Below, one piece after another: positions 1 through 7,991 of a DNA stretch of 63,478 nucleotides (position 1 is its first letter; every line of letters starts with the position of its first letter). The notes under the pieces were generated by a model. The model worked only from the letters and a program-made list of their open reading frames with translations, did not search any database and was not told where the DNA came from. Source of the DNA: a virus (Duplodnaviria; Caudoviricetes); the IMG/VR virus record IMGVR_UViG_3300009596_000001, positions 1-63,478 of that record; one strand, written 5' to 3'. A program made the position numbers and the translations under genes.

Positions 1-123
1 GGAGACATAACTCCATTAAGCGAAAGGTCACTACGAGGGATAAACAGGGAAGACATGCAACCTCCGGGTAGGGGACTTCTACAAATTTGGAGGTGACCTT
101 TCTTGATTAAAATCTTCACTGCC
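1..123. repeat. Terminal direct repeat, left copy (identical to 63356-63478); most likely a circular-assembly overlap
   Basis: Exact 123-nt identity between the contig ends; the ATP-grasp ORF stop and the next ORF start read continuously across the junction. Confidence 0.95.
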
Positions 124-756
124 TTTGCTGTTGCCCTTCTCTTTTCTTGTAACAAACCGCCATTCAACCTTGATATCACTTATTCTTCTGCTATTAATGG
201 CACTTTTTACGATACTAAATCGGGTTACCTTGCAGGGTTGCTAATCGTTGACGGCAAGAAAATAGGGGAGTTTCCTATTACTTCATCCAAAGTTCGTGGC
301 GGATTTGTTTGCTTTAAAAGCGGTTATGTAGAAGCAGGTTACTTCAAAGTCATAGACAACAAACTCTACTTCTCCCGGAACCACCTTACTTACAGTCACC
401 TTCCAGAAAAAAGTCGTGGAACGGTTGTTAACGATGAATTCCTCAAACAAGTCAAGTGGGCTATAACAGGTGGGGGATTGTTTTTACTTGAAGGTGAACC
501 TGTTAAAAGGGTTGGTGCAAAAGAAAACCTATCTTCCTACATCGTCAACCACAAACGCTATTCAGCGCTATTGCTTCACAAAGACAAGAAGACAATAACT
601 GGGATTATCGTTCGTGGGATTAAACCTGAAGAGTTAGCAAAATCCCTTGTAGGTAAATATTCTGCCTTACTTCGGTTAGATGGCGGCTCATCAACAACCT
701 ACTTCAAAAACAAAAAGAAGCCATCATGGATTAACAATTGTGTCGGAGTGCGCTAA
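103..756 (+). CDS. Phosphodiester glycosidase (NAGPA/DUF2233-like) putative lipoprotein
   Basis: LDGGSST motif, AITGG and R-Y-S-A segments typical of the family; lipobox-like LLFSC after a hydrophobic N-terminus; GGAGGTG RBS before TTG start. Confidence 0.65.
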   Translation: MIKIFTAFAVALLFSCNKPPFNLDITYSSAINGTFYDTKSGYLAGLLIVDGKKIGEFPITSSKVRGGFVCFKSGYVEAGYFKVIDNKLYFSRNHLTYSHLPEKSRGTVVNDEFLKQVKWAITGGGLFLLEGEPVKRVGAKENLSSYIVNHKRYSALLLHKDKKTITGIIVRGIKPEELAKSLVGKYSALLRLDGGSSTTYFKNKKKPSWINNCVGVR

Positions 757-793
757 AATCTATAGCGATATTTGCTCAAGGAGGTGTAGTGAA

Positions 794-1582
794 ATGAAGC
801 GTATCTATGTTGCATGGTTACTATGGTTGCTGTGTTTGTCACTGCTGTCGGTGGCGTTTGTTCTTCCGTCACAAAACGAAATTGAAGAGGCTGTCCTGAA
901 ACCCTCTGTCCAAATCGCCTACTTTGAAGGCATCGGAGGGGCTACTGCAGAATGGGTTTCCGCAGGTTCAGGCGTTGTCTTCAAGACACCTAAAGGTGTC
1001 TTCATTTTGACCGCTGCCCATGTGATTGAACATGCGAGGAAGACCTACTACGATGAAGACAGCGGCGAGCAACCCAACAACAAAAGGAAAGAACAGTATG
1101 ACGATGTGATGGCGATTATGGAGCGGGTAAAGGATGGAATTGTGACGGGAGAATTACGGATTAGGTGTAAGGTCTTAAAGGTTTCTAAAGTTGATGAAGA
1201 AGGCGGAGAAGACATTGCTGTCTTGCAACCTTACGAAGACTTGTTCCCTGCTGGCGCTAAACCCCTTCCTAAAGACAGACAAGTCTATGTAGGACAATTT
1301 GTCTATCACTGCGGCTCACTGCTGGGAGAGTTAGTCAACTCTGTTACTTTCGGTGTTATTTCTTCTGTTTCCAGAATGTATCGCAACAAACCCTTCATCC
1401 AGTTATCAACAACAGCATTGCCCGGTTCCAGTGGCGGAGGAATTTTTGTTGTAGAAGATGACAAGTGCTACTATGCGGGAATGCTTACTCGTGGAACTGG
1501 CGAAACCATCAACCTTGCAATCCCGATTACCCGTATCCGCAAAGTCTTAGAGGAGTGGAAAATGGGGTTCATTCTGGAGTAA
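794..1582 (+). CDS. Trypsin-like (S1) serine protease with signal peptide
   Basis: TAAHV, DIAVL and PGSSGG catalytic-triad motifs; hydrophobic N-terminus from ATG 794 with GGAGGTG RBS. Confidence 0.9.
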   Translation: MKRIYVAWLLWLLCLSLLSVAFVLPSQNEIEEAVLKPSVQIAYFEGIGGATAEWVSAGSGVVFKTPKGVFILTAAHVIEHARKTYYDEDSGEQPNNKRKEQYDDVMAIMERVKDGIVTGELRIRCKVLKVSKVDEEGGEDIAVLQPYEDLFPAGAKPLPKDRQVYVGQFVYHCGSLLGELVNSVTFGVISSVSRMYRNKPFIQLSTTALPGSSGGGIFVVEDDKCYYAGMLTRGTGETINLAIPITRIRKVLEEWKMGFILE

Positions 1583-2539
1583 CGGTTTACTTCCCGTAGG
1601 CGGTTCATAGTTAAGCCAAACAAATTCTTCTGCATACTCGTGCCTTTCTCCCGGTGCAACAACTCTCTGTCGCTTGGCAAACAGCCCCAGACTTATTTTT
1701 TTCCAACCCCTTCTTTCCAATTCACTGTAGATTTCATTGTCGTAACCTGATAGAATTATCTTCGCTTTCATTTCAGCGATTATTTCAACCATCTCCTTGT
1801 GGTCTTCGTCCGTGAATTCCAAGAAGTAGTAATCGTCCTTGTTTCTGGTGCTATGAACATATGGCGGGTCCATGTAAATAAGTGCTTCAGGAAAATCATA
1901 ATGTTTTATGACATCCTTGTAGTCTTTACAATAAATATGTGCGTGACGAAGCCGTGAATGCATATGATACAGGACAAGAATTTTCTGGGGCGTAACTTTC
2001 TGTCTTGGAATGCGCATGATAGGGTAAACCTTACTTTGTGGAAAAGCACCCCTATCTATCGTAAGGGCGTTCCACATAAAAAAGTTTGCCGCAACTTCTA
2101 TCAACACATCTTCAGGAACTTTGTCCATTATTTCCTCGGCGGTTTTAAACGAGTATAGAAATTGGATATGGTCTTTCATCTTGGAGGCATATTCTACTAA
2201 CTTCCATTCGTGCTGCGGCACCATCCATACTGTTCGGATAAAACGATTGAAAAGGTTGGGATTTTGTAAGACAGTGTAGAAACAGTAGAGAATTCGGTAG
2301 ATGTCGTTTACAATCTCCAATAAAGAAGGTTTCTTTTGGAAGAAGACATGCCCGCCGCCAAAGAAAGGTTCAACATAAACTTCGTGCGGCGGAAACAAGG
2401 CGATAATCTTAGGGGCTTGATAGAATTTGCCACCAATATAACATATGTTGCTTCTCTGTGGCGGCTCTCCCAAAATTTCACGGTCAATTTCTATTATCGT
2501 ATCCACAACTTCTTCCCAAGTAGGCAACTGTTCTTCCAT
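1547..2539 (-). CDS. DNA adenine methyltransferase (Dam/D12 class)
   Basis: YIGGK, YVEPFFGGG (SAM binding), ND and DPPY catalytic motif. Confidence 0.93.
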   Translation of the reverse strand: MEEQLPTWEEVVDTIIEIDREILGEPPQRSNICYIGGKFYQAPKIIALFPPHEVYVEPFFGGGHVFFQKKPSLLEIVNDIYRILYCFYTVLQNPNLFNRFIRTVWMVPQHEWKLVEYASKMKDHIQFLYSFKTAEEIMDKVPEDVLIEVAANFFMWNALTIDRGAFPQSKVYPIMRIPRQKVTPQKILVLYHMHSRLRHAHIYCKDYKDVIKHYDFPEALIYMDPPYVHSTRNKDDYYFLEFTDEDHKEMVEIIAEMKAKIILSGYDNEIYSELERRGWKKISLGLFAKRQRVVAPGERHEYAEEFVWLNYEPPTGSKPLLQNEPHFPLL

Positions 2540-2566
2540 GTCTTACTTCTCCTTTTCCGCATAACA

Positions 2567-2590
2567 CCCGCCCCCAGTGATGGGGGCGGG
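2567..2590. terminator. GC-rich hairpin, possible terminator
   Basis: CCCGCCCCCA-GTGA-TGGGGGCGGG inverted repeat in an intergenic gap; no strong U-tract. Confidence 0.4.
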
Positions 2591-2637
2591 CTGGCAATCC
2601 TTCAACATTGCGGGAAATAGGCTCTTGCCTGTTCCCG

Positions 2638-3135
2638 TCAAGCAGGCAAGATGCCCTTCTTCGCCGCATTCAACTCTTCTTTGCCTTCGTCTCTGGCGGC
2701 TGGCTGGTCTTTGACACCTTCGTCTGGGGGTTGGGAATGTGTCCCTTCCCCGACCGTTCCTTCCTCTTGAAAGGCGACAACTTCTTGCTCGCAGGTGCGT
2801 CTCTGAAGGACATCTCTGTCACCTCCTCTATTTAGAATTCTGTTAACTGAATGCGCAGAGGAAAGAATAAACAGTGTCGTCGCTAATTGGTAAGCATCAT
2901 CGGTAGTCAGTAACAGGGTAACAGCAATACTTCGTTTGGCATCGCTGATAAATAGAATAACGGAATTGTCGCTCTGTCGGAATTTATCGGGGAGTTTTTC
3001 TTTCAACACATCTGGAATAGAGACAAGGTCTACATAGATGTTGTTGGAAGATGGTATCAACACGACAGACACCATCGTTGCTGTTTCGTTGTCTACCTTG
3101 TTAATCGGCAAGTCAAACACTTCTTGTGACATCAC
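2638..3135 (-). CDS. Hypothetical protein
   Basis: ORF coupled to the upstream gene by a GTGA overlap; fits the operon. Confidence 0.6.
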   Translation of the reverse strand: MMSQEVFDLPINKVDNETATMVSVVLIPSSNNIYVDLVSIPDVLKEKLPDKFRQSDNSVILFISDAKRSIAVTLLLTTDDAYQLATTLFILSSAHSVNRILNRGGDRDVLQRRTCEQEVVAFQEEGTVGEGTHSQPPDEGVKDQPAARDEGKEELNAAKKGILPA

Positions 3136-4169
3136 TTTTCACCTGCCTTGTTAACGATAATTTGTGTGACTTCTACGGCTTTCATCGGCGGGACTATATT
3201 ATGCGCTTCTAAAAGCGATTTCGCAAGGGTAGTATCTAACCTGTGTTGTATTATCCGCTTGATTTGTATTGTGCCATAGTGAGTTTCGTAAGTTCTGTCA
3301 GGTGGAAGGAGTTCAATTAGTTGTGCTCGTAGAAGTTTCTGCTGCTCTCGGTAGGGTTGAAGTTCCTGTTCAACTTCGTCTATGATATGTGTGACTTTGA
3401 TGTAGTTGTTGATGAGTTCTTCAAGTCGGCTTGCAACGGTTGGGTCGCCTGCAGTTGCGATAAGTTCATTTCTGGCGGTAGAGTTGGGGTGACAAATGTG
3501 GTAGAAGTAACAGAGTGCTGTGCCTTCTCGGGTTACGAATTTACAGGGGTAACTATCTGCTCTATAGCGTGGAAGAATTTCGTCATACCTGTCAGAATTC
3601 TGAAGTGCGTTTTTCACGGTGGTAACGAAGGGGAACACTTCTTCTTGAAGGATTTGGACAATGTCTTCGTCGGTAAAGATAACGGTGCTGTAACGGGTCG
3701 GGTTGGTTCTGTCAACATAGTAAAGGACAGCATGGGATGCTTGGACTAACGCAGCATAAATCGCAATCTGTCGCCTATGGGAAGGATAATTGGCTGTGGA
3801 AACAACAGACGGGCTGACGAATTTGAAGTCGTAAACAACTACTTTATCATCCTTCTTAGCGAGTAAGTCAATTCTGGCATCCCAAGTCACTCCAAACAGC
3901 GTTGCGGTTACGGGAACTTCAACTTGGACATCCCAGCCTTCTTCTTCAAGCAGTTTTGCAACTTTGGGAACAAAGTATTCGTGTAGCGCTTGTCCAATCT
4001 GTCCAAGCCAACCAATGTCCCGCCACGATAACGGGTTTCCATTTTCGGGTTGGGTTATGCGGAAGAAGACGCAGCGTTCACAAGTTAGTTGGCTCGGTTT
4101 CCAATTCTCCCATTTCAACGCTTCCGGTGTCGGCAGATACAGAGGCGGTGTAAGTTCGTGCCTGTCCAT
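3132..4169 (-). CDS. Cas4-like PD-(D/E)XK exonuclease
   Basis: PSQL-CERC at the N-terminus, RIDLL..VYDFK core, QIAIYA motif, C-terminal Cys cluster (PCK...CYFYHIC); adjacent to Bet. Confidence 0.85.
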   Translation of the reverse strand: MDRHELTPPLYLPTPEALKWENWKPSQLTCERCVFFRITQPENGNPLSWRDIGWLGQIGQALHEYFVPKVAKLLEEEGWDVQVEVPVTATLFGVTWDARIDLLAKKDDKVVVYDFKFVSPSVVSTANYPSHRRQIAIYAALVQASHAVLYYVDRTNPTRYSTVIFTDEDIVQILQEEVFPFVTTVKNALQNSDRYDEILPRYRADSYPCKFVTREGTALCYFYHICHPNSTARNELIATAGDPTVASRLEELINNYIKVTHIIDEVEQELQPYREQQKLLRAQLIELLPPDRTYETHYGTIQIKRIIQHRLDTTLAKSLLEAHNIVPPMKAVEVTQIIVNKAGEK

Positions 4170-4971
4170 TTATATCACCTCCCATTTCTTCTGGAATGTA
4201 TAGACCCGAAAGCAAATCGGGAAATGCTTTCCGAAAGGCATGCGCCTCTGCGACCTTCTGTATCATTGTCGCAGGCATTACCTTCCACGAAGCCTTTTCC
4301 CGATTATATTCGGACAACAACACTTTCTGCCACACCTCCGTGATTTTCCCCTCCTGCTCAAGATAAACAACGCACCAACCGCCGTAGAGCGTCCAGCCCG
4401 GAGGAACAAATGCTCCTTCAACTTCCATTATGTCAACCTCGTGCTGGGAAAGTTCGTCTTCTATTTTGTGAAGTTCAAGGAGCGCTTCCAATATCTCGGC
4501 TTTGTGTTCGGACACTTTATCAGCAATTTCTCGTAGTAACTTCTCTGTTTTTTGTAAAAATTCATGTCGTTTCTTGTCGGGATTGCGCCGAATAACGATA
4601 ACGCCGCTTTTGAAGCCACGATAACTTTCGTGGCGGGTGGCAACCCTCATAAACGCAAACCGACTGACTATAATTTGTGCGGGTTCACGCTCGTCATACT
4701 TGACAAGGTAGGCGTCAGATAGGAACGGGTTCAAGCGATAGGTCTTACACACTGCGATGAACTTGGCGATGTCTACAAGGTTTGCTTTCGGGTTGATGAA
4801 GTCACGAACGATTTTAGGCGACAGTTTGATTTCTTGTCCTGTCCAATCCTCGTAAACGACAATAGAGGCTTGCGCCTCTGTGCCCGAGATAACAGGAGTT
4901 TGCTGCTTTTCCGTCATTTCTTCTGCGACCTCCTTTGCTCTTTGGAGTTTTTCTTTCAGTCGCTCCTGCAT
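4078..4971 (-). CDS. bet: Phage single-strand annealing protein (Bet/RecT family)
   Basis: LNPF..AYLVKY, GGWC, SW..MPATMIQKVAEAHAFRKAFP..SGLY.PEEM signature. Confidence 0.9.
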   Translation of the reverse strand: MQERLKEKLQRAKEVAEEMTEKQQTPVISGTEAQASIVVYEDWTGQEIKLSPKIVRDFINPKANLVDIAKFIAVCKTYRLNPFLSDAYLVKYDEREPAQIIVSRFAFMRVATRHESYRGFKSGVIVIRRNPDKKRHEFLQKTEKLLREIADKVSEHKAEILEALLELHKIEDELSQHEVDIMEVEGAFVPPGWTLYGGWCVVYLEQEGKITEVWQKVLLSEYNREKASWKVMPATMIQKVAEAHAFRKAFPDLLSGLYIPEEMGGDINGQARTYTASVSADTGSVEMGELETEPTNL

Positions 4972-4985
4972 ACTTCATCCCTCCT

Positions 4986-5636
4986 TCAAGGCAAAACTAA
5001 TATTGCTGACAATACGCCGATATATTCTGGAGGCTTTGACACGCATAGATAGTTCATATTTGTGATGACATCGTATTTGTTGTTTGAAAAACGAAACTCA
5101 CTGACAATATCAACAGGTGAATACGAGCGGGTTACTACCGAGGTCTTCAAATAACCGCAGGGAGTTAAACCCTTTAGAGGTTGGCGCAGCGGTTCTTCGG
5201 TTTCAATTACAATGGTGCAAGTGTTTGTGTGGAAGAATTCAAGGCAAGCAGAAATCGTTCCGTCCTTTGGAATTTTCTTGAACGTGAATGCAAAGATAGA
5301 TGGCACAAGGGTAGCAACAGGAATGTCAAGTTTGATGTCATTCAGTAACTTAAAGTGGGGATATTTGGGTAGGGCAGATGTGAGTTTGATGAGGTTGATG
5401 TGGTCAATTTTGGCGGCTTTTAGCGCTGCTTCTAAGGCGAGGGTTTGGTTGTCCACATCAGTTAGCCCAATCGCTGAAACAATGACAAAATGTTTCGGGA
5501 TGAAAAGCGGAACTGACCTAACCCACTTCCCTACAATTGCTGTGGCGCAAAAAACATCGCTTGAAGTTGTGGCTTCGGCATCTTCTAACTTGGCTTCAGA
5601 CATCACTTCGTCTTTGGGCTTAGCCATCGTCATCAC
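4986..5636 (-). CDS. Pyruvoyl-dependent arginine decarboxylase-like protein
   Basis: IPKHF...ALEAALKAAKI.HINLIKLTSALP matches the PvlArgDC pattern AL..AGI...NL...(S/T)S.LP, including the self-cleavage dipeptide; C-terminal GVLSAILVL strand. Confidence 0.7.
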   Translation of the reverse strand: MMTMAKPKDEVMSEAKLEDAEATTSSDVFCATAIVGKWVRSVPLFIPKHFVIVSAIGLTDVDNQTLALEAALKAAKIDHINLIKLTSALPKYPHFKLLNDIKLDIPVATLVPSIFAFTFKKIPKDGTISACLEFFHTNTCTIVIETEEPLRQPLKGLTPCGYLKTSVVTRSYSPVDIVSEFRFSNNKYDVITNMNYLCVSKPPEYIGVLSAILVLP

Positions 5637-5725
5637 CTTCCTTCGTTAGGTTAGGGTTTCCCTAACCCTCATTGGTCTTCTTCATTGGTCTTCTTCATTA
5701 GTCTATTACCCAATTCAGGGCAACT

Positions 5726-7087
5726 TCAAACATCTAAATCCCCCTCAGTTTCAGCCTTTTTGCTGTCAGTTTCGTCGTTTTTGACAGAAGCCTGATGATA
5801 CTGCTGACTGATGGCTTCAATTTCGTCTCTATGCTTCCCAACCCAATCCATTATAGTGGAGTAAAGCAGTTCCTCAACCTGACTGATGCTGTTGACTTCC
5901 GACGAATAGTGATTGTTGTCAAGGGCGACAGTCGGAGTGGTTTCTAACAGGGCAAAGGTCATGGCAAGGGTCTTCCTAATTACCCCCTCTGAAGGGTCTT
6001 CCGAAGGCAGGACTAAGGCAACTTCGGGGTTGACAACAGCCTTCCGCCATTGTCTTAACAAATTGTCAAGCCATGCTGGCGCATCTTGGGTTATCAATTC
6101 TTTAAAGAAATCAAAGTAAAGATTTGTGTAACTGCGGGGAAGTAAGGAAACATGCATGCAAGCAAGAGCAGCACGACGCTGCTTGTTGGGGTCATTGAAC
6201 AAACGATAGCGATGCGGGAGTTTGCCACCAAAAATAATGTAAATTGCCCCATAAAAAATAAGTGCCCGTTCTACCGCATCTGCTATGGTTTCTAATTGCG
6301 CCTTCAACATACTCAAGTGCGGGGTGTATTCTTGCGTCCGCATCTTCTCTATCCATTTCTGAAATCGTTGTTGTCTCTCTTCTACTTCATTGGGCGACAG
6401 TTTTTCCTTCTGCATCACTATTTTCCGTAAATTTGCAGCAGCCCAGTTACAAAAAGGAGAAATACAAACCTGCTTGTAGTAGTCAGGACGATATTGTCGG
6501 TCTTTTGTTACGCCACGAGGATGGACAAGGGAGTTCACCCAGTCTAATTTCCATCCACCTGCCCGAGTTTTATACCACCGAATTACCCTGTTGCCACAAA
6601 TAATACACGATTTCCACGCTTCTCTGGATGGATAGTGTTGTTCACGGATAATTTCAAACAGCGTGTTAAGTTGCCGCAGGAAAAGTTCGTAGACAGAAAA
6701 ACATCGGGGAGAACAGAAGCGGACAGCGGAACGATAAGAGAAGAAAGGTTTACCGCAAGAAATACACGCTTTTGCGATTTCCGCACCAGAAAGCCTTGCA
6801 AGGTGATACAGCCGATAACAAAGATACTGAACAATCATCGGCAGAGAACGCTCGTAAGTCTCTCTACGGTGTTCAGGAATTTTCGCCAAATCTACTTCAA
6901 TCGTCTTATCCCAAAGCGCCACTGCTTGCCGCAATAAATGCCCTATTTCCCTAAATTCGGGAATAGGGTAATTGTCCAACTCCGCAAGCCACCTTTCTAA
7001 ATTTTCCGCTTCCACTTCCCGCATGTCCCGCCACACTATCCATGCATCTTGTTCACTTGCAACTATCAACCTTGCATGTGGTAGCAT
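5726..7087 (-). CDS. Hypothetical protein with two Cys4 zinc-ribbon motifs
   Basis: CISCGKPF...RFCSPRC and CIICG...CISPFC. Confidence 0.7.
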   Translation of the reverse strand: MLPHARLIVASEQDAWIVWRDMREVEAENLERWLAELDNYPIPEFREIGHLLRQAVALWDKTIEVDLAKIPEHRRETYERSLPMIVQYLCYRLYHLARLSGAEIAKACISCGKPFFSYRSAVRFCSPRCFSVYELFLRQLNTLFEIIREQHYPSREAWKSCIICGNRVIRWYKTRAGGWKLDWVNSLVHPRGVTKDRQYRPDYYKQVCISPFCNWAAANLRKIVMQKEKLSPNEVEERQQRFQKWIEKMRTQEYTPHLSMLKAQLETIADAVERALIFYGAIYIIFGGKLPHRYRLFNDPNKQRRAALACMHVSLLPRSYTNLYFDFFKELITQDAPAWLDNLLRQWRKAVVNPEVALVLPSEDPSEGVIRKTLAMTFALLETTPTVALDNNHYSSEVNSISQVEELLYSTIMDWVGKHRDEIEAISQQYHQASVKNDETDSKKAETEGDLDV

Positions 7088-7265
7088 GTTGATTTTCCCC
7101 CTTTTGATACTTTTGTTTGCATTTGGGGCATAACCACGCCCCTTTCTTGCTAATTCCGTTCTTCTGAAGGATGATAATCACATAGTCTATGTGCGCATGA
7201 CAACACCATGCATCACATTCCTGACACTTCCAAAAGGCATTGCTCCCGCACTCACACTTATTCAA
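7053..7265 (-). CDS. Small Cys/His-rich zinc-finger protein
   Basis: CEC, CQEC, CCHAH, CPKC; GGAGGTG RBS; overlaps neighbours. Confidence 0.65.
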   Translation of the reverse strand: MNKCECGSNAFWKCQECDAWCCHAHIDYVIIILQKNGISKKGAWLCPKCKQKYQKGENQHATTCKVDSCK

Positions 7266-7708
7266 CTCAAATCACCTCCAGTCAGTTCTTCTATTGCCCA
7301 TATCAAACGGTGCTTTAAGTCAACAACACACCTAACGATGTGTCTGTGATACTCAATGAAATACTCAAGATGCTCGGCGCTTTTGATGGGGAGGTTCTCT
7401 TTGAATGATGACAAGCCTTCCTTGCAAGTTAGTATATACAGTTGCTCAATTGCGTTGCGACCGTCGTCTTTTAAGATGGCGGAGATAGCGGGGTCAACCT
7501 TAACTATTTCACGAATGTTCTGTATCCATGTAAAGATGTTCTTGAATGCCACCAATGGATTGTAGAATGCCATTGTTGACCTACGGGAGCCGTAGAACAT
7601 GGAAGTTAGGATTGTTGGGACAACCATCACCTCAATATCGTCAATCCAATGTCTGAACTTCTTCACAATCTCTGCTACTTTGTTTGGATTAAACAACCCC
7701 TCTGACAT
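7262..7708 (-). CDS. Hypothetical protein
   Basis: GGAGGTG RBS; operon context. Confidence 0.7.
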   Translation of the reverse strand: MSEGLFNPNKVAEIVKKFRHWIDDIEVMVVPTILTSMFYGSRRSTMAFYNPLVAFKNIFTWIQNIREIVKVDPAISAILKDDGRNAIEQLYILTCKEGLSSFKENLPIKSAEHLEYFIEYHRHIVRCVVDLKHRLIWAIEELTGGDLS

Positions 7709-7991
7709 TGTGCTTCACCTCCTTTCCATATTGCTTATGTCGTAGGATAATTCTCCGCAGTGCTTTGTTAGCATATGAAGCACTCAACGGCTCACCTTTA
7801 AGTATGTCGCAGATTTTGTAATAGAGACATATAGCAACATGATACTCGTCAACATCTTGCCCGCCAAACTCCAACTTTATTGCTTGTTCCAACAAACCTA
7901 CATCTATTTTACCTGTCTTGAAGTCAAACCACATCTCCAACAAAACTGCAACTCCCTCCACAAATTCAGAAAAGATTGATGACGCTCGCAT
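7689..7991 (-). CDS. Hypothetical protein
   Basis: Likely start MRASS after GGAGGTGAGGAAG; overlaps the primase 3' end. Confidence 0.6.
   Translation of the reverse strand: MRASSIFSEFVEGVAVLLEMWFDFKTGKIDVGLLEQAIKLEFGGQDVDEYHVAICLYYKICDILKGEPLSASYANKALRRIILRHKQYGKEVKHNVRGVV

Noticed and set aside
680-793. Upstream extension of the protease ORF
   Set aside because: Overlaps the previous gene; ATG 794 has an RBS and begins a signal peptide
5668-5699. 13-bp tandem repeat TCATTGGTCTTCT
   Set aside because: Only two copies and no recurrence noticed elsewhere; likely slippage
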